Origin: Phoronis australis
Taxonomy: Eukaryota; Animalia; Phoronida
Length of the DNA stretch: 63,902 bases
Direction of reading: 5' to 3'
Assembly: GCA_002633005.1 (NCBI GenBank)
Contig: NMRA01000414.1
Location: 248,099 to 312,000, forward strand
Shown here: in pieces, positions 25,101 to 40,100 of the stretch
Numbering within the stretch: position 1 is the stretch's first letter
Layout: each line of letters begins with the position of its first letter
Made by a program: the position numbers and the translations under genes
The notes under the pieces: model-generated
The model's database searches: none
What the model saw: only the letters and a program-made list of their open reading frames with translations
Told to the model about the DNA's origin: nothing

Positions 25101-28100
25101 CATGACAGCTAATTCCGTTAACTGCACAATTACTGGCAATGACTATTAGGGCGGCGAAATTCTAATTACAGAATGATTTAGCCACCTTACTAACTGGCCT
25201 GTTAATTCCCCTTCATTCTCAGTCATCAGGGGAGACTACTCCGACGATGAATTGGCTTTCGCCCAGACGTCCTGACGGAGAATTCCGGGCCATTTTGTCT
25301 GAATGCGTTTGGCTTGTACTGCGTTATTATTTGTAAATATAAATTTATCACCAGATCTGTGCGGCTCAGTGACTTGAGCTCCACACTCCGATGTGGGAGA
25401 CCCAGGTTTGAATCCTGTCTTTACTGGCAGACAATCAAGTACTGCACAAAGGTGTCTCCTACACCAGTAACCTTCGTCTTACTTGTAATGAACGTATGCA
25501 AGGGAATGAATGAGAACCAGGATACAATGCAGGAGTGATTTCTAGGGCTGTGCTCATATTTTTATCATCAAATCTCATCTTGTTAACAATACATTCAAAT
25601 TGTACGATCCCTCACCTCTTTTCCTATAGGGAGTCCACTTCCAAGAGAAGTAGTAAGACCCACCATTTTAGAAACAAGTGTTCTAAATGTTAAATACTCT
25701 TTCAACACAACTCCACGCAGAATAGTCTTCATCTCTGGAATACCAGAACCTGAAAAATCAACGAAAAAATTGTTACAAAATGTGGAAATAACACACCAGG
25801 AAATGCAAAATAAAATAAAATAAAATAAAATAAAATAAACAAGTAGCGCATTTCACATTTGGTCTGTGTAAAAAACCAAAAAATAAAATAATCAGAGTAT
25901 ATTTTCAAAACAAAGCTCACCAATGATACTGTGGCATTGATAATAAAATTCCCCTCACCTGATGTTATTGGTGTCATTTTTGTGTCATGGTTTTGAACAC
26001 GCCATTAGCCATTAAGATTGCCTAAGATTTTGTATGAAGCATCAAAGATGCAAGAAAATGACTTGTATTTTGAATTATTGATGGTGGCAATGCGCACGCG
26101 ATAGGTTAATTGAAATAACCAGACAAGTGAAAGAAATGGTGGCTGTCAACGCTATCGTGAACAGCAATTTGGTACAAATAACAAGTATCAACGACAGAAG
26201 AATGTAGCCTATTGGACTACTGGCGCTTGACTAGATATTTGTCTGGGCCTTTTATCTGGATGTTTATCGTCTTTTACCCTCACTTAATCCATTCTGAACA
26301 CAGCGTGTGGAAGCAACTTTTGCTGTGGAAATTTGCTCTGGGGAATCATTGGACCCTACTGTCATGAACAGAATTGAAAGAGAGGCGACCAGACCTGGTT
26401 CTAGGCAATCACTTATCCTTCTGGTCCGAAGGTTAAGTGAGATGACCAGACCAGCGGAAGCAGTGGTGGTTGTGGATGCCATCTGGGGTTCATCAATAGC
26501 AGACGAATGAAGCCTACATGGCTATGAACTTCTGCAACCTCTCTCAATAATATAGAGGTAGGGAGAGGGATAGGGAGAGGGAGGCGAGGGGAGGGGGAGG
26601 AGGGTAGATGTAGAGATAGAGATAGATATAATACATATATGAGCACAGCCCCAGAAATTGCTTTCACATTATATCCAGGTTCTCATTCACTCCCATGCAC
26701 ACATTCACATGTAAGACACAAGAAAACTCTAATGACTATATAAATAAGAGAGTACTCAATTGTTTTATGCAATGGGCTCAACCTATGTGGCCTGCAACCT
26801 TTTTTTCACGCGCACGAGTATGTTCACGATCTCATGTTGAAAACGTAGACAAAACTCAGGCAAACCCAAAGAAGAGCATTTATTTGTGAGCCTTTATCAT
26901 CAATTCATTAACACGAAGAAAGACACAGTGATTATAAATGCACCAGTTGTTGTACAGGGCACAAGGCCAGTCAGTGTTTGGGTCACGTGTACAGCAGTTA
27001 CTGGGTGCCCTACCCAAATAGGACAGCACCTACCTATGGCTTGTGGAGAGATGATGTGTGTGAAGCCCGTGGAAAACAGGACAAACAATAATGTGTAGCT
27101 GACCCAGGCCAGGTACTGTAAGACTGGTGAGAAGTTGAGCTCCTGATATAACCAGTAGTGGGCTGAAAGGGAGAGCAATGGGTGAACAATGGCACAATTA
27201 TACTGCAAACATCCTTCTATGAGCGTAAAATAACTACCAAAAATTTTCACTTTCTACTTTCAACAGCTTGCTACAATGTTACATAAGTTCAAATCCTCCT
27301 GAGTATTGGTAAAATTTTAATGATAATATAGACAAATATTTTTTTCTGCTGTCATATTGGGTGTTAAACTGAACAATGTTAATGAAGATAATCAGTGCTT
27401 TTGTTTAAAAACCGAATTTTGCGATGAGGTGTTTGTGAACACTTTTTCAGGTAAAAGAAAGCATTTGTCATCAGCAGCCAAGACTGAATCGTATCAGGCG
27501 GAAGGTGCCTGTGCCTTCAGATGATGAAATAATTGTCATTGAGAGGAAATTTGCCCCCAGTTGTAACCAAATCTGCCCCCTACAACATGCCACCACATAC
27601 ACAGCGAAAACAAAATTTGCAATTAACGATCAAGAGGAAGAAATCAAATATATAATCCTTGGTTACAATACCTGTCTGACATTTTTCTATGGTGTAGTCC
27701 ATGATGAAACTGCACAGCGCCATCGTGACGCCGAGCATGGCAAGAAATATCCAGTCTTCGCCTACTTTTGAGAATATAAAGTCACGGACTACCAGAAGAA
27801 ACGCTGGAACAAATAATTAACAATCATGAAAGCGCTCTGAGGAGCGAAACTTGGCGAAATTAACCAAAAAGATGACGATAAAGATGATGACGAATATGAC
27901 GAATATGACGACGATGGTGGCGAAGATGAACAAAAGAATAATAACATACACATGACGAACGTAGACGTCTGAAATCAGTAAGAAAAAGGCTACAGTCTTG
28001 AGCGACACTTGGCGAAATTAACGGAAAAGACAACGACGGAGATGATGACGAAGATGATGACGATGATGACGAATATGATGATGGTGGTGGCCATGATGAA

Positions 28101-31100
28101 GAACATCATAACATTCATATGACGAATTTAGATGTCATAAATCATTAAGAAATAGGCTGCAGTCTAGTTCAATAGAAGCTAAACCAACCTGAATGCAGCA
28201 AGAGCGCTCAACAAAGGAGCAGCGTTATCACAAAATCTCAAATAACTCGAAAAGTAGACGTCGTAGAGAAAAATGAAAAGCATCTCCTGAAAGCCCGTTC
28301 AAAGCTCTATCTAAACTGATGGTATCGCTTAATTCCGTAAATTTTTCGAAAAAAATGAAATTTTGCGTGTTTTTAAGAATTTCAAAGTCAAATAACTCGA
28401 AAACGGTAAGTCTGAGAGAAAAATTGTTACAAGCCATTTGAAAGGTAATACTTCAAAGAATCTACATGCAAAAAATCACGTCTTTTTCTCTTCTGGTTTA
28501 AAATCGCACTCCAGACGCCTGAAAATGGGTCAACATGCGCCATATCCGCCATCTTGAAAGCAACTTCCGGTTTTTTGGTTTTGTATAATAGCATGTTACA
28601 AGAAACTAATACCTGTAAAAATTCGAAGGAATTGGTATGATAATGCGCCCTCTAGAGGAGAAAACGTTTTTAAGCCAAAATCGAGGTGCGCATGCGCGAT
28701 CGCCGATATTTCCGCTATCTTTAGCCGGAAGTAAACAATTTCCGGTATACTTGTAGCAAGCTTCCAGTCCATTTACTGTGCCGATTCTTAGCCTTTTACG
28801 TAAAAAATTGTAGCCTCCAGAAGCATTTGAACCTTTAAATGGAAACAAAATGGCCGCCACAGCCGCCATCTTGGATCCGATTTTGACGAAAAACAATAGG
28901 CTTCCAGTACTTCCGTGCTATGTGTAAATTTCGTGATGATCGGACGAAAATTGTGACCTGTATCGTGCGAACAAACAAAAAAAAAACAAACTTAGTGTCA
29001 GAGCAATATACTTGGCGAAATTTATTTCGCCAAGTAATAAAGCAGGGTTTCGACTGACCCTTGCTAAAAAAGAAGAAACATTTCCAGGTAATGCATCCTT
29101 CTACAAACGAATACGCTTACGTGATAGTAATATTTTTGTGTTGTAAAACTGAACTGAAATAAACATTTTTGGTTGAATAAAGTCAAAATAATAATAAAAA
29201 AGAGACGAAAAAAGAGGAAAAATGGAAATCGAATAAGACACTGAAACCAAAAAAGAGGAAATCTTCTTAAAACAGGAAAATTCCAAGCCCTGAAAAAGCA
29301 TCACTTCCTAATGAATAATGTAAAAACATGGTAAAGGTAGATCAAAATTCCCAGTATGGTCTGAGCATAACTCCAGTTCATCAATAGTATACCATCATAA
29401 TGGCTCCATCATAATAGTTCTTCTAGTCAAATTAATGTCCATCCAAGTCTCGAAAATTTCATTAACAATGACGCCTGAGTAATTTGTGTTGACGCAATGA
29501 CTTCCAAAATTAGAGCAACTACTGATGGATGACACGGTGAAGGAAATTAATCTAATTAATCTAAGTCACCATTGTGAAAAAAAAGAAGTACCGCAAGATT
29601 CTGGAACATACGTAAGGGGTGGAAATGCGTAAAACGTAAAACTTTACAAAACGGAACAAGTTTGATTTTTCTACACGTTAAAGGCATCACTAACCAATTG
29701 GTAATGCCGCATGCAATGCATCATGGTTAGTTGCATGACACGTCATAAGTTAAATAATATTACATCACACAACCATATCAGTAACACTGTGTAAAGTTTC
29801 CATGTTTTATACAACTCACCATCGGTATAGCAATGTAGTGACGAAATGCGAAGGGAGGTGAGAAACTTGGAGGGTATACTTGAATGCTAATTAACACATG
29901 GCATGTATACAGTTTAAAGGCAGTCAGCAGCTATGGGGTTATGTAAGATCCAAGAAAAATTCCAATATTGGCAAACTTGGAACATTACATCTCAGAAATG
30001 GCTGATCAGATTTACATGAAAGTTTCCTATATCATGGTTTATACATTGTTCACTAAAATGCAGATAGGAATTGTCATTAGAATGTTCCACTTTTGTATGT
30101 GGGGCTATCAAAAACAAGACTTGCATGTTTTTCATTAAAAAGTTTCATAAACGAAAACAAAACAATAATTTAGACAACTGAAATAGCAATTTTGAGATTT
30201 TATTTTGAGCATTCAAATGACACAAAATTTTTATCATGTTATTGATCATGTTGTTATGCTACGAATGCACTTTCCTTTTTTGGTTTTTTTCCTACAAAAG
30301 CTAGGTCACAAGACCAAATTAGCGGCAGGTTAACATGACGGGACTTGTACATAAAGTCGTACACAACCTTACAAGATTTGGTCTCAGCATTCTGCACATC
30401 TACTAGTCTCAGAAATAAGAGCAACGCAAGACCTACATACTAATATTGATGATATCTTCAAATTGCTTTTACGTCATATCTATTTGAACAGTTTATGAGT
30501 TCCCTGGGGAGTATAAACAACCAATAAACTAGGCAGTTAGTGGCATATTAAGTGGTCCTCATTTTCACCTCATTGGGGCTTAGCGGTGGGCCTCCGCACA
30601 AACTGTATATGATTATTTTATTATGGCCTTACAAGAAAATGGTTCCGAAGCTTCAGGTCAAGGATAGGCAGTTCTACTTTCCTTTATTAACACGACTAAC
30701 ACAACTGTAATCAAACTATGCAAGGTAGCCAGTCTCCCATGCTCACAATTTACACAGGCACTCTTACTTAGCAGTGTCCTGTTGTCACAAACCCAATTAT
30801 CACAAGTGTTGTTTCCTTCTCACCAACTGCAATTGTTTTTTACCAGCAGGATTTTCTCCTCATACAGTGTGCAGGATTGATACATTGTATCCGAAACACT
30901 GCCCTCTCATGCCCAATGGTATAGACAGAATGAGGCTTTTTGATTATGATGCAAAAACCCTACGGTAATTCGTACGATAGATTGGGACACAGAAAAATTA
31001 ATCATTTTGCTCAAGATCGGAGCTTGAACCAAATTTCAGAAATGGGCAATACTGGCCGTACCAAATTCAAGCATTACAATAAATGACAAACGATCATTCA

Positions 31101-34100
31101 CCTAGATGTTGCCCATTCCGTACACGATAACATTTGTTGCTATTTTTGAATAGGCAAGTCTATTTTCAGCCCGATACTTGAGGGATACCAGGAATGCCAA
31201 AATCGCCCATGTCCCAACTTTCAGAACCAAGAAAATTCAATTCTCCTTTGAATCCGGAGTCCTGAAGTTTAGAGACTGTCCCACAGTGAAGAATTTTTAT
31301 CCTAGTAAAAATATGTATGTGTGTATAACGTCCAGTTTTGAAAGTATTTTAAACGTGTACAACCTCGTGAAATCTAAGCTCTGTTGCATGAGGACCATCT
31401 GCCCTAGCACCCCACATTCACCATCTCCCATGCACTCAATTTAAGACTGGGAGCCAGGCCTTTCTGCAGCGCACGTCCTGGGCGTCCAAATGGATGCCCT
31501 AGCACTAATCTGGAAGCCCTTACAAGGACCCCAAATGTATCATTTGGATGCTCACTGTCAATAGGAACCTTTCAAGTTTGGACTGGCACATTGTGATGAA
31601 TACTATGAAACCTTTGAAGGCTCACAGTGGGGGCTCTTTTTTCAAAGCAGGAAGAAATATACAATGTATATACAACGTATATGCATTCTTGCTATTTTGA
31701 CACTTGACTGACAGCATTGTAAAAGTCTTGGTCTACAGTTTTTTTAGTAAAAATGCTCACCATAGAAGGCTGTTTTATAAACTTAGAAGTAAAAACTTTG
31801 ATCTATGCATTTTTGTAAAAAAAATCTGTGTGTTTGGGGGTATTGCTGGGGGTGGGGGGTTATGCGTCGGAATCATGGACGCCCTGGAATATTGGGAACC
31901 CCATTTTGGACACCCTATTTTCAAAATCAGGGCTTGGAATGACCAATGGCGAGAAACGCGGAAATTTTTACGGCCCGAAACATGCGCAGCAGCCAGCCTT
32001 GAAAAAGTCGGTGTGGACCTTTTGCCGACCAAAATCGAGAGGACTAAAAAAAAAAATCGCTACCACCTCCGGAAGCGTGCGTCTGCGTCTGTCTTAGCTC
32101 GTCTGCCACTCCCGCCTCCAAGCATTTTTTGGCTACAGAGTTGTAGTATTTGTCACCGCGGTTTACAATCACACGAGCCGCCATTGAGGAAATCCACCAT
32201 GCTATCCCAGATGCCCCGGCAATGTTGACAATTTAAGTTCCTTCGAAACATAAAGAGCAACTTCCGTTTTTCGAGGTGAAAGCCGTCGGCAATGCAGCAG
32301 TAAGAAAGACATTTGCCGCGGAAATTTTATATCAAATCCGATTTTTTTACGTGGAAATATAATAAAATACGCGGAAAGAACATTTGAAAAAAGCGGAAAT
32401 CCGCGTTTCCGCGGAAAATTCCAAGCCCTGCAAAATCCTGGATAAAGGCCTGCTCGGAGCACGGAGGCGAGAAACCACTAGTGCAATACTCATAGACGGC
32501 CAGCCAACAAAGCATTCAAACTTAGGCTTTACTAGCGAGTCAGTTCACAGTGAGTTCAAATCACAGCGTAATAATATCTTCCAACATTTTTTCCATACCT
32601 CCTTATTCAGGACAAGTGCAGGAGAAACGAGAACAAGCTGACAGTATGCCACTCAATGACGTACACAAATAGTGTCAAACCTGCTTACCTTTAAGAACTC
32701 GGCAACAAACGTTCCCCTTGTAAAATGCAAAGCTTATGGATTTCTTTTTCCGTGACTCAGCTTCACGCCGTCTCTGTTCAATTCTGGCTGCGGTCGCTGT
32801 CTTTTTGGCATATTGTCCAAGGTCCTTGGTGTAGCGACCATACATCTACAAACAAGCACAAGGGATCTCTCTATACAGAAGACCAGTTTGTGTGGAATAT
32901 TAAAACAACAAGGCTCATTTAAAATAATTAAAAGAATAAAACATTATTTGACATGACTCTCTGTGATTTACTATAAGTGTATTGCCATTTTAGAAAAAAA
33001 AATAATTGAGAAATCTCATTTTGCACTATTTAGCTGGTTACAAATTATGCCATTTAATCTTATTAAATTGGTCTCAGAATCTTACAGTCATAGGATTCCC
33101 TCTCCGTTACCAAGAAGAAATACAATCCTATAACCGTAAGGATTTTATGAGACCAGAAGTGTCTGATTTGATTTTTTCCTTTTTTAGTCAGCAAAACAGG
33201 CAAAAGGCAGCTTGAAGTTTTGATTCAAAACAAGCAAAAATGAAATCAATAAAATTCGTGTAGTTGCACATTCAGCAGCAATTTTTATATACTATACATG
33301 GTCATCTTCAGGCTCAAGCACCTATATCTGACATATCGCTCTCATACACATTCAAACTCACCCACAAAATTTCCAAACTTTCCATATTCCAATTTTCAAA
33401 ACCTCATTACTGTAACATTGAAAATATTTAAGTGTCATAGCTTGTTTGTTAGTTGATCGCAATTCTACAATATAAAGCTTGGAAATGGTTAAATATTTTT
33501 TTCAAATTTACTTACCGTATTTGTTGAAAATTATGTTAAAATAATATTTCGCTGTTCCATCATATTGCGTTCTAAACTGAAGGAATTTCACTGTACTGCC
33601 AGACACTTTGTTTTTCAAATATCACACAACTTTAATGTAATATTTAAAAACACATTTGTACCGACGCAGACCAAAAATCCCTTTCATGCCATAGTCTCGG
33701 CCAATTCTCAATCATTCACAAACAACACCGGCAATGGGAGACTTTCAGCATGCTATAGGGTGTGATCATGCGAGACCTGTGACTCCACCAAGCTAAACCA
33801 GAAGTTACTTTGTCTTCGCATAGGCTGGCACAGGGGAACAGTTTGACTTAGTGAAAACACCCTTTTACAACATATGCGATTACACCAAAAGTGTTTAATA
33901 CAAAAGTTATAAAATGCCTTTAGAGGCCACTAGTATCCGGTCCCGCGTGACCAGTCGCCAAGTTACCATTTTAAAATCTCCCATTCTCAACCTTTCACAG
34001 ACACAACTGAGATGTTGACAGATAAAACAGCACAGAACACACTCTAACTGGTACCATTCATCTTACTTTCACTGAAACTCCTTAACTTTGGAAATGGAGA

Positions 34101-37100
34101 AACTGTCTTCTCAGCAATCTGCATCAAGTTTTAAGATTTTGAAACAAACAAGAAGAGTAATGCCGATACAAAAATTAGAGAACTGTTTTCGCAAGAAAAA
34201 CATACGCTATACGCAGACTATGGACTGATCCCAAGTTAAGGAATAACATTATGTTCCGAAATCTCAGGATTTACCGTATGTAAAAAACTGAGACTTTGAA
34301 AATTACAGAAAAGATTTTGCAAGGATAATTGCCCTTCTCGCAAATCTACTCGTGTTTGTGGTTTTCTGTTTGAAGTTCAACTTACTCAGATAGATGTAGA
34401 AGTGGTAACCCAAAATTAAGGAATTTTCAGTCATCACACTTTCCAAATACATGCACATCACTTCCAATTTTAACTCAACTCAACTGTCTTCAGCATCCAT
34501 CCATGTCTTACCAGAGTTTGAACAAAGTCCATATTTTGTGATCTTTTCACCATAACTGGTGAACGAATCTTGCCTTGCTCAAATGCTGACTTGCGAGACG
34601 CCATCGTGTTCCAAACTTGCAAGTGTTTTTACGATCTGTTTGAAGCTAATGTAATTACAAGTAATGAGAAATGAAATTACCATAAAAACTGCATCTTCAC
34701 GTATATAGATGTGTATGTATATGTGCAAGAAATGGTAAACGAATTTATTAGAAACGGGAGAAAATGTCACTAACAAACTGTTCTGTTTTGATAACTTTCT
34801 AACTCAAGTAAAAAACGGTTATCAATTTCTATACATAATTCAAAAATGCGGTGGGCAGTGTGAGAGTTAAAGATGTTTCACCATGACAACTTGAAATGAA
34901 GAAATGTTTACTCTGATACTATGCCAAAACAATTTTCATCACAAAAACCACCACAAAAAGTGATTACCATGCCTAGCACCATGCAAAACCTGACCCTTTA
35001 CTATAAGCGGTTCTAGCCAGCTGTAAATATCTTCTCTACAAAAAAAATTTAGGCAGTGTACTAGCCATATAAATATAAGCCACGCTAATATATCTCCAGT
35101 GCATATCGAGATTGCTAGGAAAACCAAAGCCAATATGAGCTCACTCACAAATAAATTACCTCCACCTCCATGAAAATGAAAACACCAAATTCATAGCTTA
35201 GCAACATCAAGTGTTAGACAACAGTGTCAATGACTGTACAGAACTGCTGGTATGCCATGAAACAGTTCGCAACAACCCATATTATCAAAATAGCAACTGC
35301 TAAAAATGGTTTTGAACAAAAAGACCACACTGACTATTTATGCAAGAAGAGGATGGCTTTGATTTCGAAGGGAAAGACAAATAGACATAAGGTGTTCTTT
35401 TAAGACTACCCAGGGATTGAAAAGTGGAAAATAAAAGAGATCCAGGGTTGTGACAAATTCTAAGGGGATCTCTTGTCATGCAGCTACTACAGAGAAATCC
35501 TGGATGATGAAAAGGGATTTACACAGATTAAAAAAGCTATTGTGGAGATTGGCCTTATAATAATACAATAGAAAATTTTCAAAATGTTGTTTTCCAAACA
35601 ATATTTATATCATATGACTAATGACTTAATTAAAAAACAAGGTAGAATACCTGGACGATGTGAAGTGACTACCATAGATATAATGTATATGTATATATAT
35701 GAAGAAAATCTGTGACAAAATACGTAGCCATTTTGAGAGCGAAAGTGCTACTTTACGAAATCAGACTAAGAACTCACCAAATCTGTTCTGGAGCACTGAC
35801 TTTTTAATCCTTTCAAAAGCAGGGATGTCAGAGCCAGGTGGGACAGAAAAAGGCAATCAACTTCAGCTACGCATAAACTCTCACCAGAAACTTCCCTCAT
35901 TAGCACACCAATCACATCCAAGGTAAAGCACCAAGTCAATACTACAGTATCAGCTGTTTTGAAAAGAGCCCTTTACTACATTAATAAATTATTCCAGGAG
36001 CACACATGCCATTGATTGAAGCATACAAGATCTGATTTAAACCTGGAGACCCCACAGGGCAAAGGTTAGTCATGGATTCTTTTCTGAATTCAAACTAACA
36101 AGTTTTAAAAATACCTTCAGCACGAAGTAACTACCACACAAAGAATCATTATTTCTTGTTCGAGATGGTCTGATGATTTCAAAATCTTCAATTAAGAAAG
36201 AACCGCTTCAGGATTTAGAAAGCTTACAACTGAAAATTAATGAGTCATAACAGTTCTTGCCAAATCTATTTTAGAACTTTGAAGTCACACAGACAAATGT
36301 TAGAAATAAGTATCGACAAGTAAGACAAGAGGGTAACTATCCCAGTGGCAGATTTAGGGGGGCGTCAAGGGGCTAGGGCTCTCCTCTCCTTGGCTGCCAG
36401 CAAAAATAGATTTTGGTATTTAATATAATGGGACAGTACTTTTCTGTGCGCATTTGTGTTGGGGGGTGGGGGGGTGGGGGTGGCAGATATCATAATTGTT
36501 GGACCCATTCATGGTATCCCGAGGCCTTTTCATACTTACTTAACTCAGGTTTGAGGGGAGCGTCAACGTAAACTGCGAAGTTAACTAAATTGTTCATACC
36601 GGTTTCAGTAGTTAATGGACTTCGAAGTAAATGGTAGGTGAGGCTGTTGTTATTGAAGTAATCGCACGGTAGCACTGCACCCAGGATTTTTAATTTTTTA
36701 TGTGACAATTTGGGAACATTTACTTGGGCTAATTGACATAAAACTTATTTTTAATTGATTGTTGATTTTTCGAGCAAAATATAAACAACTACTAGTGATG
36801 AAACTACCCTTTAATTGTTGACGATAACAGTGGCACCTGGCAATAACTTCGATGGGACTGAAGTTAACCGTTCATACTGCACCGCAGCGTTGACGCTCCG
36901 CTGATAAATCCACCTGTTTTCCGCGAAGTTAACTAGTTAACTTTGATCCAAGACCGAAGTTAACCGGTCATACTGACCGCAACTCCCCAAAACATAGACA
37001 TGTCGACGTTAGTATGAAAGGCTCTCTAGATCCGCCACTGACTATCCATTGCACGATTTCACTGATGACATCTGTCAAAGTACACTGTAGCCCCATCAAA

Positions 37101-40100
37101 ATAACCACATAAAGCATCAAAGCTTACAGAATGGCAGCCATTTAAGCCAAACTCTTTTTGATTGAAATATTTTCTTAACAAAAAAAGTTTTATGAAGAAC
37201 TGGATATGCTACAGACAGGATTATCAGTTGCAATTTAAACAGATGGTTATGACAATGAGTAGGTGGGTTCGAAGCTTTAAGTGTTCCTGGACAGAAATGG
37301 AATGAAATGGATATTTTCAACTGATTACCAAAGCTTATTTCAAAACGCATCAGATTTTTAGATATTTATTTGAAAAACTTTTAATGGCTGGAACACCAAC
37401 ATCATAGATCAAGCGTTGCTTTTTTTCAAAACATGACACACCATTAAAACCTTACAGTTAATAATGCTTCAGCACATATGCTGATAATTTCACAACTTAT
37501 TGTCAATCAATCAGTAATTAAATCTAAATATGTTTACTGTTCACCTTAAATTAAGCATGAACAAATAATGATTACAATTGTCACTCTATTACGTTTAAAC
37601 AAAACACTAACTGTTGTTCAGACAGAATAACAGCAATTTGCCTTTGCACTATGCACAACTACGCAGGCGAACATTATTACGGTAATTCTCCATGTCGAGG
37701 CGAATGATCATTTGTCGTCCATTATAACTTGTGAATATAGTACATCCAGATTGCCTATTTCTAAAATTTGGTATAAGCTCTGACCCTGAGCAAAATAATA
37801 AAATTTTCAATGTCCCAAACTAAAGAATATTTATCCAAGTAAATCATATTACTTTCAAAGACTTAAAAAAAGATAAAGAATGTGATTCAACCAAGCCAAC
37901 ACCATGACATTTTTGAAAAAGCCTACCATTGAAAAGTTACATACGGTACCGTAGTAAATACATGCAACAATGGGTGAGTGGTATTCACTAGATGGTGCTG
38001 TAGAAAGGTAACTCAATACCAGACCGTGGTCATACTACTACCACCTAGTGAATTTCAAGTGGCCAATCACTGATTGAATACTTCATTTCAATAAATACCA
38101 AAAACTAAGTGCCAATAACAAAAAACAAAGATTTGAAACGTGGTGTCTTCCTATGGACGATCTAAATTTAGCAAAAACTTTAATAGTGGAAACGTTACTG
38201 AATACATGTTTTCGGATCTTGAGTAAAATGAAAATTCAAAGGGGCATTCTGCGAGATATAATGCCAGCCGCAAGATTTGAACTTGGAATCTCTGGCATAT
38301 TAGGCATACGTCTGCTATGGAATGATTCACCACTACCGCTTTACACACATGAGTTCGTTTCGAAGTCACTGGTTTACAAGCAATTGAAAATCACGAATAT
38401 AGTGTCCTTGGAGGTTTTTACACAAATTCCCACAAAGGATGAAAAACCACTATACCTAAAGCATCTATAAACCTGCTTTTCACAACAAAAACAACTTTTG
38501 ATTTAGACTATTAATTAATGTACCATTACAAAATTGGTCTCAAACTGTTCCGTGGTCAAACTGGAAAATTATTTCACGTCTTCGAAAGATTTGCGACAGT
38601 TGGTTATTGCCCGAGATCAGGCTTTACAAGATGACTTGTCACGGCATGTCAATTTATGAGCGGAGCATGCTTTCAACTCCTAACTAACCATCAGTTTTTC
38701 GAAACCTCAGAAATCACCTCCCCCATGACCTCAATAATAAACAAGCTGAGACTGGCTTTACACCAGCGGTAAGTGGTCACAAACATTTTTAACTCTGATC
38801 TGCATGCCACCTGTTGGCAACATCACGACTTAATGAACACAAGTCTGAAAAGATTTCAGCCCCCCACCAGGACTTGAACCCACGACCTGCTAATCGTGCA
38901 GACACTCTGCCCACTGAGCCATCGGGACCACGAGTCAAACACAGATATCTAATCAGCCTTAGCAGTCGACATCCCGCCCATCACCTCATATATTTACATA
39001 TTTATACAGTGGTAAGTGATCACTTTACCAATTTATCATCATTACCATTCGTGTCAAAAACTGGACTCTATCACTTATATAAACAGGAGAAAACTAACAG
39101 ACATGATCATTGTTACAATAGACAGGACAGAAATCTTGACGCAACACAATGGTTAGATCTGTCGTCATTATCAGCATCCTCCATATAGTTTTTTTTACGG
39201 TGGCGGTACAAGCTCGATCAATGCCAGGGCCAGTCCTTTCTCCAATCTGTCGGCCGGGAGACAGAAGTATCTTTGACGGATGCAACCACTGCATATGTAC
39301 AGGTACTGTTTAATGATATGCACAGGTAATTCGGGAGTTAAACGATGGCAGGTATGGCACTATCATGACAGGGGGGGTCTGGACCCGGAATTAGGAATAG
39401 AAATGCAGTCACATGTCATTGTCAATAAGCCATTATACTTACAAGAAATTTTCAATTTTGAGTCCAAAATGGTTGTGCACAGTGTGTGAAGTTGAAAATG
39501 ACCAAGACTTACCAGGTCCATAGTCTGGTAACAATTTTCAAACCACTTAGTTATTTAAAGCATTATGTAAAAACTAGCCTAATTATTTTTATTTTTCATT
39601 TTAATTTTGTTTGAATTATATTTGTCCGAGTCCAAGACATTGAAATGGGGTCATCATCCCTAGGTGGCAACCGTCTTTTGAAGCTAACATTCTAGTTTTC
39701 ATTTGGGGAGAGGTCCTTGTCATTTTTGATGGCAAGCTCTGTCAAAGGTCATGTTAGCACCACCTTGTGATAACTTTGCTGAACTATAACTCTGAAGATG
39801 ATGAAAATGTTAAAGCTTAACTTTGTGGTTAACCGCAGTTAACACCGAAACCTAGGTAGAAGCGAAGTTAACTGTGTGGGAAATGTCCTTTAGTCATCTG
39901 TCGTGATTTCAGTGGATGTCTGACAAACAACAGTGAAAATTGGCGAATAGTAATCAAATCTCAAAAACACAATAGGTTTTGGTGCTTTATAGCTCTGATA
40001 AAAAATTATACCTGGATTTTACGTAGATAAGCCCACCCGATGAAATGACTGTCGGCACTTATTCCAAAAATCATGCCGCATAAATGCCAATGGACGTAAA

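Noticed and set aside
25358-25425. tRNA-like A/B boxes here and at ~12330, ~38270, ~38870, ~43770, ~58630
   Set aside because: No complete cloverleaf or acceptor stem could be built; better explained as tRNA-derived SINE remnants.
27850-28165. Asp-rich coding-like tract (GATGAC repeats)
   Set aside because: Interrupted by stops and frameshifts; it is the tandem unit of the Helentron-like element.
31704-32641. Cluster of ORFs up to 174 aa; also paired ORFs 2522/3165, 5573/5698 and 36490/45861
   Set aside because: They fall within GC-richer non-autonomous transposon copies, have no transposase motifs, and their similarity reflects the repeats.
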